DNA from: Eledone cirrhosa
Lineage: Eukaryota
Direction of reading: 5' to 3'
NCBI GenBank assembly: GCA_964016885.1
Contig: OZ024756.1
Location: 35,030,001 to 35,094,000, forward strand
DNA length: 64,000 nt
The notes beneath the pieces are model-generated. The model had not been told where the DNA came from. It saw only the letters and a list, made by a program, of their open reading frames with translations, and ran no database searches. Shown here piece by piece: positions 29,601 to 63,709 of this stretch (position 1 is its first letter; each line of letters opens with the position of its first letter). Made by a program: the position numbers and the translations under genes.

Positions 29601-31464
29601 CTATTTCTGGCTAGGTTTCTACGGCTGGATGCCCTTCCCCACACCAACCACATTGACAGTGTGCTGGGTGCTTTTTGTTGTGACACCAACACGATCACCT
29701 TTCACTGTGAGCTGGGTGCTTTTTGTCATGACTCCCACACAATCACCTTACAGTGTATGCTGGGTGCTTTTAGACATGACTCCTACACAACCACTTTACA
29801 GTGTTTATATATATTTAAAACCTTTTCATCATAATTTTATGTAAGAACCTTTGTTAAGTTACATTCAAAACACCAAATAGATGATGAGAATGTTAATTAT
29901 ATTACTAAATCCCTCCAAATTCTTAATTATTTGTAATCATAGACAGTGTCTTTCTTTGGAAATGTGGTAAGGAAAGGGTTGCGGAAGTGGGTTCAGCCCC
30001 AGTTAACTCGTGATTTACAAGAATTATGAGGACAACTGTGAAGCTTGAACTCCTCTGCATGTTAATGGCGTCTACAGTCACTATTACACTGAATATTTCC
30101 CACGGGTATATCAACTATGTGTTACCATAATAATAATGGTTTCTAATATAAGTACAAACATAGAAATTTGGGTGGGGAGGAGAAAGTCGATTATATCAAC
30201 TCCAGTAAGTGACTGGTACATTATTTTGTCAAACCCAGAAGGATGAAAGGCAAAGATAACCTTAGCAGGACTTGAACTCAGAATATAAAATGTGACAACT
30301 AAATGCTGCAAAACGTTGACCGACGCTCTACCGATACTGACAAACCACCGCCCTTAATAATTTCTAATCTAGGCACATGGCCTGTAATTTGTGAGGAGGA
30401 TAAAGTCGATTAAATTGATCCCAGTACTTGACTAATACTTTATTTTATTGACCCGGAAGGAATAGAGGCAAAGTTGACCTCAGCAAGATTTGAACTCAAA
30501 ACAGAAAAGGGATGTAATTAAATGCTACAAAGCCTTTCGTCCGATACTCTAACGATTCTGCCAATCCACCGCAATAATAATAACAACAATAATTATTTCT
30601 ACCTAAGGCACATGGCCAGCAATTGGAGGGGGAGGGGAAAGTCGATTAAATCGATCCCAGTGCTTACTGGCACTTTATTTTATCGACCCCGTAAGAATGA
30701 AAAGTAAAGTTTGTCTCGGCGAAATTTGAACTTAGAATGTATAAACTAGGAACAAAGCCGCAAAACATACTGTCCGACGCTCTAACGACTCTGCCAATTC
30801 GCAATAACAATAATAATCTTTTCTTGGAGGTGATGGGTTAGTCGATTACATCGACACTAATACTTGACTGGTATATATATATATATATATATTAGTGAAA
30901 CAGCGATATAGTGGTATTCGAGTTTTGCCTATTGTGGTTAAACATCCGATATATAAATATGTATGTGTGTGTATAGATAGATATAAACAGATATATGTGG
31001 ACAGAAAGATCAAACACGTAGACATTTACATACAGAAGAATAGAACGATAAATAGTTAGGCACAAGACAAATAGATAAATAGACACTCAGGTAGACATTA
31101 AAAAAGAGACACTTAGATAAAGCTGATGTAGGCGATTTCGGGAAATGGTTGAGAGAGGTGTGGGCAGGAAAAACACACATTTCGAATATAATAAAAACTA
31201 TCAACTGACATCGAATTCAGAATATATATGCCTTTCGATCGAGTCAATCTAAAATTGGAAAATGCCTGGATCATCTCCGGGAAGATTTGGTGAGATTACT
31301 ATTGAGAAATAACTATAATAAGTTTCTATAAATATTGTTGCAACACCGAGTGACAAGGGAGTGAAATAGATGAGATATATTACTAAGAGGAACTCTATGA
31401 ACTTTAGGTTTAAATGACAATTTCAGAACAAGAAAGACATTGATAGAGTTATTGTACTTACCAT
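14931..31464 (-). CDS. ARCN1: Coatomer subunit delta (delta-COP/archain), 12 coding exons, ~508 aa
   Basis: Exons in transcription order: 31462-31464 (ATG), 22388-22427, 20622-20845, 19802-19981, 19377-19579, 18961-19052, 18572-18641, 18215-18380, 17950-18097, 17575-17683, 16551-16755, 14931-15017. All introns GT-AG with consistent phases; total 1527 nt. Translation [39 protein letters not shown]...FYVDKYEIV* matches metazoan delta-COP end to end. Confidence 0.97.
15193..15749. repeat. 27-bp minisatellite (~20 copies) in the last ARCN1 intron
   Basis: Unit TATACTCAGACCTCAGTAGCTATAGTC. Confidence 0.95.
15757..15945 (+). mobile_element. tRNA-derived SINE family B (>15 copies, e.g. 3058-3257, 3558-3745, 13612-13806, 14085-14275, 33667-33853, 36722-36895, 44371-44550, 49392-49905)
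   Basis: GGATTGGCAGTATCGGTAGA...GAGTTCAAATCC...TTTGCCTTTCATCCTTACGGGGTCGATAAAATAAAGTACCAG (resembles a Deu/Nin-type central domain, recalled not searched)...GTAGAAACAATTATT. Confidence 0.8.
16551..16755 (-). CDS. ARCN1: ARCN1 exon 11 ([13 protein letters not shown]...KSYCDIQ)
   Basis: Part of ORF 16539..16859; ctatag acceptor, gtaatc donor. Confidence 0.95.
16831..16979. mobile_element. Tigger/pogo-like MITE
   Basis: TA-CAGTGAAATTCAATTATAACG ... TATAACGGAATTTTACCTG-TA with internal TAACGA repeats. Confidence 0.6.
17255..17523 (+). mobile_element. RTE-type LINE 3' fragment; related copies 32215-32420 (+), 32600-32932 (+), 46830-47050 (-)
   Basis: [33 protein letters not shown] resembles the RTE ORF C-terminus; four mutually similar copies. 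Confidence 0.65.
17575..17683 (-). CDS. ARCN1: ARCN1 exon 10 ([20 protein letters not shown]...ISIPLP)
   Basis: Manual translation; ttcag acceptor, gtaagt donor. Confidence 0.95.
17950..18097 (-). CDS. ARCN1: ARCN1 exon 9 ([10 protein letters not shown]...GVLKWRFQ...FIPLS)
   Basis: Manual translation; cacag acceptor, gtatgt donor. Confidence 0.95.
18215..18380 (-). CDS. ARCN1: ARCN1 exon 8 (mu-homology domain start, VHLRIEEK...GIQLQ)
   Basis: Part of ORF 18170..18451; tttag acceptor, gtaaca donor. Confidence 0.95.
18572..18641 (-). CDS. ARCN1: ARCN1 exon 7 (linker, [22 protein letters not shown])
   Basis: ttcag acceptor, gtaagt donor; phases match both neighbouring exons. Confidence 0.88.
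18961..19052 (-). CDS. ARCN1: ARCN1 exon 6 ([30 protein letters not shown])
   Basis: Part of ORF 18818..19045; cacag acceptor, gtaagt donor. Confidence 0.94.
19377..19579 (-). CDS. ARCN1: ARCN1 exon 5 ([17 protein letters not shown]...GFGGGFGSS...)
   Basis: Manual translation; ttcag acceptor, gtaaac donor. Confidence 0.93.
19633..19733. mobile_element. Tc1/mariner-type MITE (~100 bp); second copy at 36352-36451
   Basis: TIR CAGGGTGTCCCCCAAAAATGTATACACACTT, TA target duplication. Confidence 0.8.
19802..19981 (-). CDS. ARCN1: ARCN1 exon 4 (IPEYCR...FMAVRQ)
   Basis: Part of ORF 19709..20008; cttcag acceptor, gtgagg donor. Confidence 0.96.
20622..20845 (-). CDS. ARCN1: ARCN1 exon 3 (longin domain, [10 protein letters not shown]...LRLFAKL)
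   Basis: Part of ORF 20601..20909; ttcag acceptor, gtaagt donor. Confidence 0.96.
21099..21143 (+). ncRNA. Minimal type-I hammerhead ribozyme motif (ARCN1 intron 2, antisense)
   Basis: CTGATGA-GTCC ttaata GGAC-GAAA-C att G-TC; perfect core and stem II, GUC triplet, degenerate stem I. Confidence 0.7.
21428..21760 (+). mobile_element. tRNA-derived SINE family A; copies at 15994-16325, 28703-29078, 38600-38840 (-), degenerate at 1940-2215 and 23110-23250
   Basis: A box TGGCTTAGTGG, B box GAGTTCAATTC, CORE-like TTCCTTGAGCAAGACACTT, GTTAGGAAGGGCATCCAGCTGTAGAAA block, GGACGTAAAATGATGATG tail. Confidence 0.8.
22388..22427 (-). CDS. ARCN1: ARCN1 exon 2 ([13 protein letters not shown])
   Basis: ctccaccag|GTT...AAA G|gtaagt. 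Confidence 0.93.
22664..22973. mobile_element. Tigger/pogo-like MITE
   Basis: TA-CAGTGGAACCTTGGTTCAC ... GTTCATGAACTGAGGTTCCACAG-TA. Confidence 0.7.
30130..30871 (-). mobile_element. Tandem array of 3 full and 1 partial family-B SINEs
   Basis: Consecutive same-orientation copies at ~30130-30355, 30360-30572, 30590-30802, 30820-30871. Confidence 0.75.
31462..31464 (-). CDS. ARCN1: ARCN1 exon 1 coding part (ATG only)
   Basis: Minus strand reads AACAACAATG|gtaagtac: good Kozak context and a perfect donor. It joins in phase 0 to exon 2 (VLLAAAVC), which has no ATG of its own. Confidence 0.8.
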
Positions 31465-31559
31465 TGTTGTTTATAAGGAGAAAACAATGACAACACAGAG
31501 CCAGACAATTACAGTATTTCAGTGTCTTGGCTCGGAATCTCAAGACATACAGTGCTAGT

Positions 31560-31577
31560 ATGGCGGAAGCCACGTCA
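31560..31577 (-). promoter_or_regulatory. ARCN1 proximal promoter/5'UTR motifs: YY1/ETS-like ATGGCGGAAG abutting TGACGTGG (UPRE/CREB3-XBP1-type site)
   Basis: Plus strand ATGGCGGAAGCCACGTCA, ~100 nt upstream of the ARCN1 ATG. Confidence 0.5.
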
Positions 31578-34052
31578 ATGAAATACGTACGAAGCTACAG
31601 CGAACAAACTGACATATTTTTATAACTACGTTAATTTTTGAATTTTTTATAAAACTGATGTTTTATTTATAAGATTTAAATATAAATTATACATTTGTCT
31701 TTAATGTAAGTGATGTATTTCATTTTCTTCTGGTTACGAAAATCTCAACTGAGTCAGCATTTGTTTTCCATGTTTTTTGTTTCTTTTTTGTTCTCTCTCC
31801 TATTGCCAAGAGGAGATAAATCTTGGGAAATGTCAACGTCGACAAAATTATCGTGTCAAGGTCTGAGTCAAGTATCTTTATTTGGTTGAACGGAAATAAA
31901 GTCACAAGAAAAATGTAATATATATATTTTTATGTTAGAAAAACAAAACCTTCTTCTTTAATACAATACACACCTGTGTAGACTGTAAAATTAAATTATA
32001 ATAAAGAATGTGCAATTTTTACTTCGGCTTTGTACTTGTCAGGCAAATGACTAGATTTGAGACGGTGTGTGGAAGCTGAAGTAATTACAGTGTGAAGAGA
32101 TAATTGAAGACTAACAACGGGAGACAAGCTTGTAGAGGAAGAGAGAATGGGCCGTTGCTGTGGGTTTCATTTAATCCTTACCATATTTCTAATTAAAAGC
32201 ACTATCGCTGGATAGATTTTAAGGGCGAAACCAACAGGAGACATAGGGGTAGACACAAAGCAAGATTGTTGGATAACATCTATGAGCTAGGCTTGTCACG
32301 CTTGGGGATCCAGCCGGATCAGTTGGAGACAGTTGCTTCTGACAGGACTCGCTGGAAGGAGTGTTTGAGGACTCTGCCCTTACAACCCTCTCAAGAATAA
32401 GTGAGTGAAGAAAAAGAAGACCTATCGTTTTCAAATAATTTCAAAAATAATCAAGAATTTGGTTGGATTTATTTAGTCATATAACTAACTGTCTCTTTAT
32501 TAAGTTGGTGTTTGAAACATGAAGGTTCTTATATAAAATTATAGGGGAGATTTTTGCCAATTGTTAAGATTTGCTCCATTCTGGACCCTCTCTGGAGTCT
32601 CAGGATAATGTGCATAGCTTGAAGATCAGGGAGTCGCTTCAGGTAGAACCGCTACTTCTCCGAATTGAGAGATCACAGCTCCAATACTATGGGGGCCTGT
32701 GGTTACAATGTCTCAGGAAAGAATTGCTGGATAAATTTTATGGGTAAAACCATGTGGCAGGAGACCCAGAGGTAGACCACAAACAAGGTAGTTGGATAAG
32801 ATTGGTTGGTCTTGCTTGGGGGATCCAGCCAGATCAATTGGAGACAGTTGCTTCTCAAAGGACCCACTAGAAGATGTACTTGAAAGTTCCGTCCCTACGA
32901 CTCTCTCAGGAATAAGTGGACAAAGTAGAAGGTTTTTGGATCAATATACACACTTTAAAACAGTTTTATGGTGTAGTTTATATGAATTGTATATTCCTTA
33001 ATATAAACAAAAAAGCATCCAGTGTAAGCCCACTAACTTCGTCATCCTCGCTACATTCATCCATCATCATCATTACTGTTTAGCATCCATGTTTCCATGT
33101 TTGCATGGATTAGACAGGTTGTCCACATCGGGAGACAAATCTGGCCAGAATTAGCCATGCTGTACTTGGTATGATAGGACTGTAAATTTGGGCGGGGATT
33201 TTGATAAATCTCCTGGGTGGGGGCAGCACTTCCCTGTTCACCCTGACCTTTCTTTCCAAATGGAATTTGAAAAAGGAAGGTGGCAGTGCAATCTTCACGA
33301 TGGAGTTGACTGATATCTGGCTCTATCTTGCACAAGATAACAGCTATTCAACAAAACTCCATAAGTCAGCACTGCCTGGACACTGGAGAAGTGTGTGCAA
33401 AATGGACAGGTCCACCTGACAGCACTTCTGTGCCTGTAGAGTTTGTCTTCAACTTGTAGTGCCCCCCCCCCCCCCCCCGAGTATCACTGCCAGGCTATGA
33501 ATTTTTGGAAATTATCCTTAGGCCCTAGATTGAAAGTCCTCCAGAAAAGAATGACTAGTTCGTTCTCTTCCCGGAATTTCCCCAAGAGTCATAGCACTTT
33601 TCTTGCCAAGTGTTCTTTATAAGTTGTTGTGACGAGTTTAGCTGCTATTATTAAATATCAATCAGGTCGGTGGATTGGCAGTATCGGTAGAGAGTCGGAC
33701 GCCATGCTTTCCAGCATAGTTACGTCCCTTTACGATCTGAGTTCAAATCCCGCCGAAGTTGACTTTGCCTTTCATCCTTACGGGTCGATAAAATAAAGTA
33801 CCAGTAATGCACTGGGTATTTGCTGGCCTTGTGCCTCACGTAGAAACAATTATTAAATATCAACCAAGATATAAAAAAACTTCGATATGTGATAACATAA
33901 TATGCACATAAATTGTAGCGCATATCCAAATAGATGTGTGTTTAGGTAGTTTGGGGAGGAAAATATAAAACATCAGTAATGCACTGGGTCGATTTAATCG
34001 ACTTTCCTCTCCCCCAAAATTGTTGGCCTTGTGCCTATAGTAGAAACCATTA

Positions 34053-34085
<33 letters not shown>

Positions 34086-34579
34086 GGGGGGAGGGGGCAT
34101 TACAAGGACAAGTTATATAGAGTGAGTGGTGGTGGTGGTGGCGGTGTGTTACATAGAAATAGGAAGGTTGGAAAAAGTAATAAAAATATATATAATAATT
34201 CCAAATATAGGCTTAAGACCCTAAATTGCGAAAGAAAATGTTCCAGTCGATTGAATTGCCTCTACTTCATGGCTGGTATTGAATTTTATCGACCCATGGT
34301 GGTTGAAAAGACAAAGTCGGCCGCGGCGAGATTCGAACTCAGAATATAAAGGAACGCCACTAAATATCACAAATGATTTTTGTCCACCATTCTACCGATT
34401 CCCCCACATAATACCCTTCATTTAAAAAAAAAATGTAATAATTATTACGACGACGACGGATCAGGTGCTGTTGTTGTTTCTGACACTAGTTTGTTTATAT
34501 TCCGCCTGCTTTTAAAAGAACTGATGGTTTACAAGTTGGACGGAATATTTAACGAATGCCTCAAACCGTTCAACTGTTA

Positions 34580-34594
34580 CACGTCATGAGCAAG

Positions 34595-34604
<10 letters not shown>
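34580..34604 (+). promoter_or_regulatory. TBC1D23 start region: CACGTCA (CRE/CREB3-like) plus YY1 consensus CAAGATGGCGG overlapping the ATG and ETS CGGAAG
   Basis: CACGTCATGAGCAAGATGGCGGAAG. Confidence 0.5.
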
Positions 34605-56266
<21,662 letters not shown>

Positions 56267-56404
56267 ATGATGTATATATATGTATATATATGTGTGTGTA
56301 TATATATATATATATTTACACACACACATACATGCACATACGTATACAGACAGAATTCCTTCTTCTCTATTCTTATAAACATACATATATATATCTACAT
56401 ATAT

Positions 56405-56835
56405 GTGTGTGTGTATATTTATATATGTATATATATATTTATATATGTATATATATATTTATATATGTATATATATATTTATATATGTATATATATATTT
56501 ATATATGTATATATATATTTATATATGTATATATATATTTATATATGTATATATATATTTATATATGTATATATATATGTATATATATATTTATATATGT
56601 ATTTATATATGTATATATATATTTATATATGTATATATATATTTATATATGTATTTATATATGTATATATATATGTATATATGTATTTATATATGTATAT
56701 ATATATGTATATATATATTTATATATGTATATATATATGTATATATATATTTATATATGTATATATATATGTATATATATATTTATATATGGATATATAT
56801 ATATATGTATATATATATACATGTGTATATATATA
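56405..56835. repeat. TA-rich compound micro/minisatellite just 3' of the TBC1D23 stop
   Basis: Unit ~ATATATATTTATATATGTAT. Confidence 0.9.
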
Positions 56836-57421
56836 TAGATATATTTGTGGGTGTACATGAATATATATATATGTATACAATGTAATCTGTACATATGTAA
56901 TACATAGATATATATATCATTATTGCATATTATATATGTATATACTATTTGTGCGTGTATATGTCTGTATGAACATATATATGTATGATATATGTGTAAT
57001 ATATATATATAATGTAATCTGTACATATGTAATACATAGTATATATATACATATATAATATGCAATAATGATATATATATATATATATATATTAGTACAA
57101 TTCAATAGGTGAAATTTACATTGTTACTTCAATTTTCATCACATAAAATTGCATGTTATAAGATTAACAATTCACAAACTCATCAGGCCAGTATTATCAC
57201 CTAATTTTAAACCACCATAATGCCTTTTCGAATATATAACTTTCTTTGAAATAAATATCTTTATTCAAAATCATAGTATTATGAGTTTGAATTAGGTGAC
57301 AGCATTGGCCTGACAAACTTAATAATTGTGAGTTACCTGGTATTATGCAATTCATAAGGTAAAACATGAAGTATTCATCTTACAGTCACCTACTGCACTG
57401 TACATGTGCACACACACACAC

Positions 57422-57461
<40 letters not shown>

Positions 57462-57767
57462 AGATGTATATGTTTGTAGTATATAGAATTTGTATATCTT
57501 ATGTATATATGTAGGATATAAAATATATATATATATATATGCTTGTATATGTTTATATATATATATATATGTATATATATATGTGTGTGTGTGTATATGT
57601 CTATATTTTTAGTGTATAAAATATATAGTATGTAATATATATGTAGTAAATATACATATATATATATATACACGTGTATGTGTATATGTATGAATTTATA
57701 TACACATGCATGTGTATATGTATATTTATATATATATATATATATATACACACCCACACATACATAC

Positions 57768-57800
<33 letters not shown>

Positions 57801-60800
57801 CCCAGTTATGGAAGCAGTTAATAAGTCGATTCATCTGGCCAAATTTTATCTGACCATCACTGGACAGACAGAACTTTGGACATTAACTGAATGGGAACCT
57901 TAACTAATGTATAAGGTCCATAACCTTTCACCGTTGCTCTTAACCTATGTTTGAGGTCTGTGATTTAGGGTATCTTAAAACCTTGACCCCCTGATCCAGA
58001 CATATGTATCTGGTCTGTGATTTAGGGATCATAAACTGTGACCCTTATTATTGACTAATGTATCAGGTCTATGATTTAGAAATCATATACACCTTGGCCC
58101 TATGTACAAAGTCCATGATTTTGAGATCATAAATTCTGGCCCCTACTATTGACCAATGTATAGGCACATGATTTTGGGATCCTCTGCTCCAGACCTATTT
58201 ATAAGGTCCATGATATCTGGGTCCTTTCAGAGATGTCTCATCTAAAGTCTCTTCTTCCCTGTATCCTTCTCTATTTATTTGACGCCCTCCCCCAACTTGA
58301 AAGACCCCCTTAAGGGAGATATTTTTAGTCTTATTATTAATATTATTATAAATGAACTCCATATTGACCTCGCTGTTCACTGAGGTTACAGAAAACATTC
58401 AAATTTCTATGAATAAATTTTGAAAAAAAAAAGAGGCATTTTTTTTTTTTTTTTTTTTCAATCACTGTAAAATTTATGGTTGTTGTCTTTATGGATAAAC
58501 TCTGTTAGGGATTATATATATATAATCTCTAAAGCATCTGATATATGATATATGTTTATATCTGAAAACCAGTGGTAATGCAGAGATAAGTCAAACTGTT
58601 TATATAAATACTCTCAACTTCCCTATGTGTTGATTGCACTTTTTTTTCATTTTATTATATCATTGTCTCTTTCTTGTATCTGAGTAATTTTTTCCTTGTT
58701 TGCAATTTTCTCATCCATGATAACGCCTCTGGTAACTGGCAAGGTCAATTTTTATAAAGAAAAATTGTCCACACAGGTGGACTTATATATATACATTTAC
58801 ATACACGTATTTATATAGATATGTTTATTATTTATATATATATCATTGTTTAACATAGACCAAGTCAGTACTGAAGTGGGGTTACTGACCTCTCAGACAG
58901 GCTGAGGGGTCTGTATCCCGCTTATGTATGCTCATATCAAGTGCAGAGGAGTAGTTGCCATGTACTGAAGGATCCTTCTAATCCCTTGTTTGGCAAGCTT
59001 TCTATGGCTGGATGTCCTTTCTAACACCAACCACTTTACAGTGTGTACTGAGTGCTTTTATTGTGTAGATCACCAGCACTAGAGAGGCTGTAATGTCCTT
59101 GACACAACTAAAGGGTCCTCCCAACCCTATATGCCTATTTTCTAAACAAAATAATAATAATAGTAGTACTAGCCACACTGTAAAGCAGTAGTGTTAGTGC
59201 CACAAAAATAGCACCCAGTCTATCCTATCAAAACTCAGTATATGCCATGAAGTGGTTGGTATTAGGAAAGTCATCCAGCTGTAGAAACCATGCCAAAATG
59301 GAACATCTGAGCAAAACAGTCATCTTGACTTTCCTGTCTAGCTTCAGCATGATAATCCATTACATCCATGCAAGCGTGGAAAAATAGACGTAAAACATTG
59401 ATGATAAAGAATTATAATTATTAAAAAAATCAATAAAGATTGTTGGAGAAAAATTTATTTACAAATATACATTCTTTTATCACAGTATACACATGAGAAA
59501 TGACCAGCAGTGATTTTGCTTGATACACTTTTTTATATTTATTTAGTAATTATTATTAACATCATATGAGAGAGAGAGAACTAGATATTGACATATCTAG
59601 TTACTGTTGTTGGGAGAGAAGCTTCTTTTAAATATTATTTTCAAACTTTTTACAATAATAATGGTTTCTAAGGGCAGCATTTTGACATGGGGAAGTTGAT
59701 TAACTTTTTAGCATTTACATTACTCTCTATATATATTTTTGTGGTAAAGGCTTTACCTCACTTAATATCGAATCTATGAGATTTTCCTATTATTTATTTT
59801 GAGAATACCTTAACATCGATATAAACAGCCGGTTTGAACAGAAAGAGGTGAGAGAATTCTGGCCAAAGATGGCCGGTTGAAATGCTAAAGGGTTAAACCA
59901 AACCCAGCGCTTATCTGTTACTTTACTTTATTGACCCTGGAAGGATGAAAGTTGACTTGGCCTCAGAACATCAAGAATCAAGACTAAATAATGTGAGGCA
60001 TTTTATCTGAAACTTATCTTGCTCTTTACAAGTATAGTAACAAAAGGTTTAATAATTAAAAAAAAAAATCAAATGATAATAATTCATAGATTTATAAAAT
60101 CTTAACCCTTTTAGCACTGCCTAACTGATATATTGAATTTGATAATGTAGCTAAAAAAGAAAATACTACATGGGCAATACATGAGTATAACAATGTAAAA
60201 TTTTGGACAATTAATTCATAGCATTCTTTTTTTTTTTTGCTATATAAGTTAAAAAGACCATAGTGCCAAAAGGGTTAATAAAAAATCTCTGGAACTGAAA
60301 TTTATTTATGAATTTTTTAATCATTATTGCAAGTTAATATATATCTGAGGTGAGGGGAAGGACGAATTGCTAAGTCACTCTTAAAAGTTTGTTAATAACT
60401 CCACCTATTTCACCACCATCATCACAACTGTATCATAAAGTTAAAGTCTGTCCCAAACCTGGCTGCTCATCAGGCCAGGACATATCCCAGTTTCATTGGT
60501 GTTAAGTGATTTAGAGTACAAGACTCTCCTAAAATGGATGCTAGGTCCATCGCAGAATTAAGTTCCAACTCAGCTGAGCAAACTGTGTCTTGCTCAAGAA
60601 CACAACATGCTGCCCACTCTCGGAATCAAACCCAGGACCTGACAATGAGGAGTGTTACACACCAACCACTAGGCTATGTACCTTGAGTCATTTACTAATA
60701 AAAAACCTCCATCACACACTATTTACCTCATCAGATTTAGCTACATCAGCAGTTGATTAAATACACAATTCATCTTCATGGGTCAAATGTTTACATGTAT

Positions 60801-62231
60801 GTGATGATGATTACTTTAATGACCACTTTCCTTGCTGGCATGGGTTGGACAGTTATTACAATCTGAGTCAGTTCTTATTTAGAGTTACTGCTGTACTTCT
60901 AAATTGGAGGACCATGTCTTGCTCTTGCATTCCAATGTTGGCATGATTTTCTATGGCTAGATGTCTTACCTAACCCCTTAAGCAACAATTTTAGGATCAT
61001 GAGCCCAAACACCTGAATCACTAGTGATTACAAGGTTTGGGTTTAGGAAGAGCATCCAACCTTAGAAACTTTGCTGAAACATTGAATGTTTAAGCTAGAC
61101 ATGATTCTCTGACTAATCTAGTCACTGACTGTGACAATCTGTCCAACCCATGCCAACATAGAAAGTGATGATGATATATACATATGTGTAGGTGTACATG
61201 TATGTGTGTATATATATATATATAGTTTAACTATTAATAACAAATTTTGATCAGTTAATTAATAAAACTGAATGGGAAATACAACCAGTGCATGTGTTTT
61301 TAACTAGCAGTATGGCCCTTCCAATGTACAGCAATATATACATGAAGATTTTAAGATAAACTTAAAATAGATATAACTACCATTTTCGAATTAGAAGATT
61401 TTTACTGGGAAAAGAATTGTGAAGTGTAAATTGTAAATACTGTCATTATTTTCACTGCAAAGTCTTCTGATTCAAAAAAAGTAGTTAAGTTTACCTTTAA
61501 ATCTTCAAAGATATGCTGTGTTTTAGCATTAACATTTATTATGATATACATATATATATAAACACACATAATAAGAAGCATTTTAAAGCCATTTTCCTTG
61601 TTCAAACAGAGGTCAGCCTTACAGGTGCCGCCATGACAGGCCTCTCAACTTTGCCCTAATGTCTGCCCCACACCTCACCATGATAGAGTTCCATATATTA
61701 TAATATGTGTGTATTTGTGTATGCACAATGATTTTATATGATATAAAAATCTTGATATATATATATAAGTTTAATGAGATGAAATTTTACACAAATGTTT
61801 ATATTGATTATCAACCAGTTACACACGTTTCACAGACTAGTTATTGTTGTTGTCTTCTGACACAACAGACCTAATAAAAAAAATTGACCAATCCTTGGGC
61901 AATACACACATGCACAAACAAACGCAGACACACCCACGCAAAATGCTTGCGTGTATATATATTTCATAGGAAGTTGGATGCCCTTCAGATGTAATTCATT
62001 TTTAACTGAAACACCATGTCTGATGAGTAGATCAATACTGGAGTTGGGTTGAAAACATCCATATATACCTTGAGCCAATCAACTGTGAAACGTGTGACTG
62101 GTCAAAAATCAATAAAAATATTTATGTGAAATTTCATCGTGTTAAACTTGATAGATATACTCTGCTTCAGCATAGAGTGCTAATACTGGTACCACCTCCA
62201 GTAATCCATAAAATTACTGAATAATCGAAAC

Positions 62232-62262
<31 letters not shown>

Positions 62263-62450
62263 AAATATATGCATATATACATAAATGGCGATGCCCCAGC
62301 ATGGCCTCAGTCAGTCGGCTGGAATACATAATTCAGGGAGAGATAGATAGATAGATAGAGAGGGAGATAGAGAGAGAAAGAGATAGATCTCAATTGTCAA
62401 TAATTTTAAAAGTATACTTCATCCCAATCAGTAAAAAAAGATATTCATAG

Positions 62451-62521
62451 TTAAGAACATTCTGTGCGGGTTGTCATCATATTTCCAATCCTCTGAGTTA
62501 CTGTTCTACATCTTTGGCCAC
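62451..62521 (-). CDS. DNAJB9: DNAJB9 terminal exon (GGQRCRTVTQRIGNMMTTRTECS*)
   Basis: Matches the characteristic DNAJB9 C-terminus (CRTVTQRRGNMVTTYTDCS); ttcag acceptor; in phase with the previous exon. Confidence 0.9.
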
Positions 62522-63340
62522 CTGAAACAAATTTAAGGAGAACGTATTGAGTAAAGTGTGGGTGATGTGGAGTGAAGTGTGGGTGGTGTGGAGTGAGTGA
62601 AGTGTGATTGTGATACTGTGTGAAGTGAGGTGTGGAGCAAACTATAGGCAGTACTGAGTGAAAATGAGGGTGGGAGTGAGTTAAGTGCACCCAGTACACT
62701 CTGTAAAGTAGTTGGTGTGAGGAATGGCAACCATCCAAAGAAACAATGCCAAAAAAGGAACATATTTAAGGGAGATCTATCTAAGAGGACAGTATCTCTG
62801 ATAAAATAAATAGTAACCTGGTCTGCAATGACCTGTTCAACCTATGGAAAATTAGATGTAAAATGGTGGTGATAATGATAACTGTGGTAGTGATGTGTCA
62901 TTTTCAGGTTTACTAAATTCAAACTTTGTTTTTTTGGGGTTAGTTTATATGTTGAGTCCAATCTTGGTGGTAGTACTGGTGCCACAATGCAAAGCACCCA
63001 GTCTACTCTGCAAGGTGGTAGTGCTGGTACCACAATGAAAAGTACCCTGTCTACTCTGCAAGGTGGTCATGCTGGTACCACAACAAAAAAGCACCCAGTC
63101 CAGCCTATTAGGTGGTAGTGGTGGCTCCATGATAAAAGCTTGCAGTACACCTTTCAATGAGGCTAGCAGTAGGAAGGGCTTCCAGATGTAGAAATTAAGC
63201 CCTAAAACACATCCGTATGAGCAGGATGTGGTCAGTTAACCTGGCTAGTCTCGAAATAACACCCCGTCAAACCCATGCAAGCATGGAAAATAGACACATT
63301 AAATGGTGATGATAATGACGATGAAAATTGTTCCACTCAC

Positions 63341-63709
63341 CTGCTGAATGTGATGAACTAAAAAAGCTGTTCATATTTTCACTGTATTTAGCGTGAGGCT
63401 GTTCAAATATCTCTTCAAACTGATCAAAACTAAAAAAGTCATCGTTGTCTTCACCATCGCCAAACAGGTCATCGAATTTAAAAAAAGAATCATCGTCGTT
63501 GATTTTTATGTACTGCCCCCCGCCCCCCCTGCCCTGGGAGTTCTGATTGCTGCGATGACTCGATGAAAAGAAATTATCAAATGTTGAACCAAATAGATCT
63601 TCAAAATTGAAAGTATGTGCTGAGTTAGAGAAGTCATCCTGACTATCTCCAGTGTCACCAAATCTGTCATAGCGTTCCTTTTTCTCTTTGTTAGACAATA
63701 TCTCATATG
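63341..63709 (-). CDS. DNAJB9: DnaJ homolog subfamily B member 9 (ERdj4/MDG1), penultimate exon: end of J-domain plus G/F-rich region; upstream exons lie beyond the window
   Basis: AYEILSNKEKKERYDRFG (end of J-domain) followed by an F/D-rich region; tttaaag acceptor, G|gtgagt donor. Confidence 0.9.

Noticed and set aside
62020-62060. CTGATGA followed by a short hairpin (also CTGATGA at 35919, 40888, 57179, 60467, 60728)
   Set aside because: No GAAA-stem III-UH-stem I in the correct register; 40888 is the YADD codons of an RT relic
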